DNA of 64,000 nucleotides from Candidatus Latescibacterota bacterium (lineage in GTDB: Bacteria; Latescibacterota; UBA2968; GCA-2709665). The translations under genes and the position numbers were made by a program. This document shows positions 59,446-64,000 of the stretch, piece by piece (position 1 is the stretch's first letter; each line of letters opens with the position of its first letter). Where the stretch lies: contig CBDDDZ010000005.1 of assembly GCA_965226795.1 (NCBI GenBank), positions 320,001-384,000 on the forward strand. Direction: 5' to 3'. Below the pieces are notes generated by a model that saw only the letters and a program-made list of their open reading frames with translations, did not search any database and was not told where the DNA came from.

Positions 59446-61746
59446 ATGGCTTTGTTGGGAATCCTTTTTGGATGTTTTCTGTTGTTGCTGGACCTTCTGT
59501 CGCCTCTGGCGGCGGCGGCGCAGGAGGCGCCTGTTATTTCCGAGATCAGAGTCGAGGGAAACCGGATCACGGAAGCATCACTGGTCCGGTTCTCCTCCGG
59601 GCTGGCCGAAGGACAGCGTCTCATCTTACCTGATGACCCGCCCCGCGTGATTCGCAATCTCCACCGGCTGAATATTTTTTCAGACATCCAGGTCTACGCC
59701 GATTCGGATGTGGCGGAAGGTGTGGCCGTTGTGATTGTCGTGAAAGAATATCCCAAGCTGGACGATGTGTTTTTCGACGGCAACAAGGGAATCAAATCGA
59801 AGAAGCTGAAGAAGACATTGGCATTCATAGAGAAACAGTGGCTATCGCCGCATGAAATCAGGCGCGGGGAAAACAAGATCGTGGATCTGTACAAGGAAGA
59901 GGGATACCTCCTTGCCAGCGTCGAAGGTACGCAGGGAGACCCGAATGAAGAAGGTCAGGTTACGCTCACGTTCAAAATGAACGAGGGGCTGAAGGTGAAG
60001 CTGCGCCGCATTCAGTTCTTCGGCAATCAGGCGCTTGAAGGCAAGAAGCTGCGAAAGGTGATGAAAGAGACCAAGCAGGTCGGGGGAATTCTGCGCCGGA
60101 ATCAGTTCGCTGAAGAAACCTACAAGGAAGACAAGCAGGCGCTGCTGGCGTTTTACCAGGCAAATGGATATCGCAATGCGGAAATTCTGCGTGACAGCCT
60201 GTATTACGACGACACAAAGGCGAATCTCTTTATTGATCTTTACCTGGATGAAGGGCCCCTGTACAAGTTCGGCAAGGTTACCTGGGAGGGAAACGAACGC
60301 GTCAAAGACGCGGGTATCGAAAGGCTGATTGTTGCCAGGGAAGGGGAGGTGTACAGTTCCGAACAGAAGAACAGATCCCAGGAAGAAATCCAGAATCTGT
60401 ACAGCGATATCGGTCATATCACGGCTTCAGTCGCCGTCCAGGAAAGATTGGCCGAGACACCGCACACGATCAATGTGCACTTTGACATTGTTGAGAACAA
60501 ACCGTGGAAGATTCGGCAGGTTACCATTTCGGGCAATTCCAAGACAAAGGACAGGGTGATCCGCAGGGAACTCTGGATTCGTCCGGGCCAGACCTTTCGA
60601 CGGTCCGGCATTGAACGTAGTGTCCGGAATATCCAACAGTTGAACTACTTCAGCAACGTGGTGCCGGAACTCAAGCCCGTGGAGGAGTCATCCGAACTGG
60701 ATGTGATTCTGGCGGTGGAGGAAAAGTCTACCGGCACGGCGTCCGTGGGCGCGGGCTACAGCCAGTACGACGGCCTGCTTGGAACCATCGCGCTACAGGT
60801 TCCGAACTTTATGGGCAACGGCCAGCAGCTGGAATTTCAACTGGAGTTCGGCGACCGGCGCCAGTCGTTCAGGACCGGGTTTACTGAACCCTGGTTGTTA
60901 AATACGCCCACGAGTCTACAGGGTCTGATCTTCAGAACCAACCGCCGGTATTACAGTGGCTTCGACGAGCGCAGGCAGGGCGCCGTGGCTACCGTCGGGC
61001 GCCGGCTGGTATGGCCCGATTTCTCAAGGGCATCCGTAGGTTACCGGATCGAGCAGGTTAAATTCCGGAATTTCGCCGAAGACTTCGAACGGTCCGCGCA
61101 ATCTTCTTTTCGCGACAACGTAACCAGCAGCGTGAATCTGAATTTCACGCGCAACAGCAGGGACCTGCCGGTTTTTGCAACCAGCGGTTCCGTATTTTCC
61201 TACTCGCCGACCTTTGCGGGCGGCCCCCTGGGCGGCAATACGGATTTCCTCAAGCACGACTTCATAAGCAGCTTCTATTTCCCGGTCGCATGGCGATTCG
61301 CGCTGAATCTGAAGACGACCATCGGGCTTGTAAGGCCGTTCAACGATACCGACGTGCCATTCAACGAGCGATACACACCGGGGGGTGTGAGCATTTTTGA
61401 GGGCACCATGGTGCGCGGCTATCCGGAGCAATCGCTGGGCCCGCGCATAAACGGCGTTCCGGACGGAGGAAACTCGCAACTGCTCTTCAACCTGGAACTC
61501 ACCCTTCCGGTCGTGCAGCAACAGTTTTATGCCCTGGCGTTCGCCGACGCCGGCAACGCGTGGGATAGCGTTTCAGAAACGAGTATTTTCGATTTGAGGC
61601 GATCGGTGGGTGTCGGGTTTCGCATGATAGCGCCGGTTGTGGGCATAATGGGATTTGATTTTGCCTGGGGTTTTGACAGGCGGCTCGTAGACGGCCAGAT
61701 GCCACAGATGGTAACCCATTTCCAGTTCGGTCCGCAGTTCTTCTAA
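59446..61746 (+). CDS. bamA: Outer membrane protein assembly factor BamA
   Basis: POTRA repeats, VRGY, C-terminal Phe; GGAGG before ATG 59446. Confidence 0.95.
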   Translation: MALLGILFGCFLLLLDLLSPLAAAAQEAPVISEIRVEGNRITEASLVRFSSGLAEGQRLILPDDPPRVIRNLHRLNIFSDIQVYADSDVAEGVAVVIVVKEYPKLDDVFFDGNKGIKSKKLKKTLAFIEKQWLSPHEIRRGENKIVDLYKEEGYLLASVEGTQGDPNEEGQVTLTFKMNEGLKVKLRRIQFFGNQALEGKKLRKVMKETKQVGGILRRNQFAEETYKEDKQALLAFYQANGYRNAEILRDSLYYDDTKANLFIDLYLDEGPLYKFGKVTWEGNERVKDAGIERLIVAREGEVYSSEQKNRSQEEIQNLYSDIGHITASVAVQERLAETPHTINVHFDIVENKPWKIRQVTISGNSKTKDRVIRRELWIRPGQTFRRSGIERSVRNIQQLNYFSNVVPELKPVEESSELDVILAVEEKSTGTASVGAGYSQYDGLLGTIALQVPNFMGNGQQLEFQLEFGDRRQSFRTGFTEPWLLNTPTSLQGLIFRTNRRYYSGFDERRQGAVATVGRRLVWPDFSRASVGYRIEQVKFRNFAEDFERSAQSSFRDNVTSSVNLNFTRNSRDLPVFATSGSVFSYSPTFAGGPLGGNTDFLKHDFISSFYFPVAWRFALNLKTTIGLVRPFNDTDVPFNERYTPGGVSIFEGTMVRGYPEQSLGPRINGVPDGGNSQLLFNLELTLPVVQQQFYALAFADAGNAWDSVSETSIFDLRRSVGVGFRMIAPVVGIMGFDFAWGFDRRLVDGQMPQMVTHFQFGPQFF

Positions 61747-61766
61747 ACGTTGGAGGGAGATTCAAA

Positions 61767-62339
61767 ATGGGCTTGAGACATCGCTTCCTGGTTTCCGTGT
61801 GCGGCCTGATGGCGTGTGTGGTGGTGGCGTCCACGGCGAGAGCACAGGCGAAAATCGCCTTTTTCGATCCGAATGAGATCCGAACGAAATACAAGCCCTT
61901 CCAGGAGGCAGAGAGAGAATACAACCTGTATGAAGGGGAACTGCAGAAGGAACTCAAAAAGCTTGAGAGTGCATTGAGGAAGAAGCAGACCACCTTTGAG
62001 CGGCAGAAGGTTATGTACATGGAGAATCGGAGGCGGGAAGAGGAGCAGGCACTGAAGACGCAAGAGGAGGGATTACAGCGGTTTCTTGCCCAGGTCACCG
62101 ATCCTGAGCGGGGTAAACTGGCGCTCAAGCAGCAGGAGTTACTTGCGCCTTTGCTGAAACGCGTCAACGACGTGATTTCTCAGGTAGCCAAGGAAGACGG
62201 TTACGACTTTGTGCTCAATGCGGCTTCCGTGGTGTATTTCAACGAAGAATACAACCTGACGCAGAAGGTGCTGGACGAATTGAATAGAGACATGGAGGAC
62301 GGAGACAAACAGAAAGCCGGCATGGGTCCGATTCGGTAG
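61767..62339 (+). CDS. skp: OmpH/Skp chaperone
   Basis: Signal peptide, KIAF, coiled coil, GYDFVL..NLTQKVL; located after bamA. Confidence 0.88.
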   Translation: MGLRHRFLVSVCGLMACVVVASTARAQAKIAFFDPNEIRTKYKPFQEAEREYNLYEGELQKELKKLESALRKKQTTFERQKVMYMENRRREEEQALKTQEEGLQRFLAQVTDPERGKLALKQQELLAPLLKRVNDVISQVAKEDGYDFVLNAASVVYFNEEYNLTQKVLDELNRDMEDGDKQKAGMGPIR

Positions 62340-62378
62340 CGTCTGGTCGTAGGCCGGAAGATCTGAGGAGAGCCGTCT

Positions 62379-62810
62379 GTGTTGGACCTCGAAGCGATAC
62401 AGAGGATCTTGCCGCACCGGTACCCGTTCCTTTTTGTGGACCGGATACTGGATCTGGAACCGGATCGCAGGGTCGTGGGGGTCAAGAACGTCACCGGCAA
62501 CGAACCGTTCTTCGCCGGACATTTCCCGGGGCGGCCGGTGATGCCGGGCGTGTTGATAGTGGAAGCGCTTGCGCAGACGGCGGGTGTCTTAATGGGAGAC
62601 GAGTCCGGCCTGATACCGATGTTTATGGGCATCGATAAAACCCGGTTCAGACGTCCCGTAACGCCCGGTGATCAGTTGCGACTCGAGGTGGAGGTGTTGC
62701 GCAGAAGGCGGAATGTGTTCCGCATGACCGGCAGGGCATACGTGGGTGACAACCTTGTCGCTGAAGCGGAGATGATGGCTGCACTTGTTCCGGCCGATGG
62801 CACGGCGTGA
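62379..62810 (+). CDS. fabZ: 3-hydroxyacyl-ACP dehydratase
   Basis: LPHRYPFLFVD and GHFPGRPVMPGVLIVEALAQ. Confidence 0.96.
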   Translation: MLDLEAIQRILPHRYPFLFVDRILDLEPDRRVVGVKNVTGNEPFFAGHFPGRPVMPGVLIVEALAQTAGVLMGDESGLIPMFMGIDKTRFRRPVTPGDQLRLEVEVLRRRRNVFRMTGRAYVGDNLVAEAEMMAALVPADGTA

Positions 62811-62853
62811 AAAAAGAGACGTAGGCGAAGGATAACGCGGTTCGTTTTCTCGA

Positions 62854-62882
62854 GCAGGGGCGGGTTTGAAACCCGCCCCTGC
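62854..62882. repeat. REP-like hairpin GCAGGGGCGGGTTTGAAACCCGCCCCTGC
   Basis: Perfect stem downstream of fabZ. Confidence 0.75.
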
Positions 62883-62941
62883 GGCATTTTGGATGGTCCG
62901 CAATTCCAGAATCAATACGCTGAACGAAAAAGAGAATTCCT

Positions 62942-64000
62942 ATGAAACGCGAACACATTTTCGCCCACTACGAGCAGGACGCTACCCGGTACTGGAAGCT
63001 GAGGGAAGGTGGGTACGCCAGCCCCATGAGTGTGTTTCAGGGGGAGGAAATCACATTTCATATAGCCAATTCCAGATCGCACTACGACGTGTTTGTATAC
63101 CATGAAGGCGCCGGGCGGCGTCTCGTAAAGGAGATCAACAACCTGCACGGCGTACTTCCTCCGATTCCCGAATTCGGATACCGCGACGGATTTGCCTGGC
63201 CCGCGACGGTGGGATTCCGGGTGCCGAGCGACTGGAAAAGCGGCGTCTACATCGCCAGTTTTCCAACCGCCCAGGGGATCCGCGAGGTCCTGTTCGTGGT
63301 TCGTCCCCGCGTTCCCAGCGCGCCGGTCCTTCTCACGATCGAGACCAATACCTATACCGCCTACAATCCAGTCGGGGGGAAGAGCCTCTTTCACTACCTT
63401 TCTACAGATCGGAAGCACAGCGACCTGGTGACGTTCGAGCGGCCTCTGCAGCCCGACATTATGGGCGGATTCTACGCCTGGGACCAGTTCATCACCTCCT
63501 GGCTGGATGCCGAAGGTTATCCCGTGGACTATTGTGTCAACGCAGACCACGATCTCGAACCGGATATTCTCGACAACTATGCCGCACATTTGAGGATAGG
63601 TCACGGCGAGTATACCAGCCGCGAAGAATGTGAACAGCTCCAGCGGTTCGTTGCCGGCGGCGGGAACCTGATGGTGTTCGCGGGCAACTCGTTCTCGCAC
63701 CTCGTGGAGACCCGGGCTGACGGACGCCAGCTGTACTGTGCCAAAACCCGGTACAAAAAGCATCCGCTCGGTACCCCTGAAGACCCGCACACCTCCTTGC
63801 TGCGTGGGATCGACAATTTGCGCCAACGCACGATCGGGGTATCGTATTCGGCGGCCGTCAACGCGAAAACCCGGGTTCCCGGTGTGTTTATTGCGCCCAC
63901 AACCGGGGAGTACGGATTTTTCCGTGTGACCCGTCCCGACCACTGGGCGTTCGAGGGGACCGGGTTGGCGGAAGGAGACGAGTTCGGCCGCGAGGACTCG
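62942..64000 (+). CDS. N,N-dimethylformamidase large-subunit-like protein (partial, runs off the window)
   Basis: Not in the ORF track; translated by hand: VPSDWKSGVY..FVVRP..TNTYTAYNPVGGKSL..GHGEYTS..GGNLMVFAGN..PDHWAFEGTGL. Confidence 0.8.
   Translation, partial: MKREHIFAHYEQDATRYWKLREGGYASPMSVFQGEEITFHIANSRSHYDVFVYHEGAGRRLVKEINNLHGVLPPIPEFGYRDGFAWPATVGFRVPSDWKSGVYIASFPTAQGIREVLFVVRPRVPSAPVLLTIETNTYTAYNPVGGKSLFHYLSTDRKHSDLVTFERPLQPDIMGGFYAWDQFITSWLDAEGYPVDYCVNADHDLEPDILDNYAAHLRIGHGEYTSREECEQLQRFVAGGGNLMVFAGNSFSHLVETRADGRQLYCAKTRYKKHPLGTPEDPHTSLLRGIDNLRQRTIGVSYSAAVNAKTRVPGVFIAPTTGEYGFFRVTRPDHWAFEGTGLAEGDEFGREDS

Overview
A bacterial window, probably from an FCB-superphylum-like diderm (inferred from dockerin/EF-hand-like and FlgD-Ig-like C-termini and a DGGGP-synthase-like gene). 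It has four zones. (1) 0.1-2.6 kb: two small metabolic genes, each behind a copy of the same long structured non-coding leader. (2) 3.0-20.9 kb: five tandem paralogous secreted WD40 beta-propeller genes with a shared EF-hand/dockerin-like tail. The two largest also carry a metzincin protease motif and Ig-like domains; one is broken by an IS1380 fragment and the other has a garbled 3' end. (3) 22-37.5 kb: a minus-strand defence island downstream of tRNA-Ala(GGC). Its type I R-M system (hsdM, MNT-fused hsdS, frameshifted hsdR) is interleaved with AlbA_2/ATPase, AbiJ/HEPN-like and FRG-TPR genes and intact or decayed TA modules, and short palindromic elements sit in-frame inside several of its genes. 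(4) 37.7-64 kb: housekeeping genes (ligA, UbiA-family, XPB helicase, symporter, tsaD, ftsK, lolA, prfB with +1 frameshift, lysS, lolD, clpC, bamA, skp, fabZ), lacking the usual lolC/E, lpxD and lpxA neighbours, then a DMFase-like gene that runs off the window. No CRISPR array, reverse transcriptase or integrase was seen. All family calls come from motif recognition by eye, not database searches.
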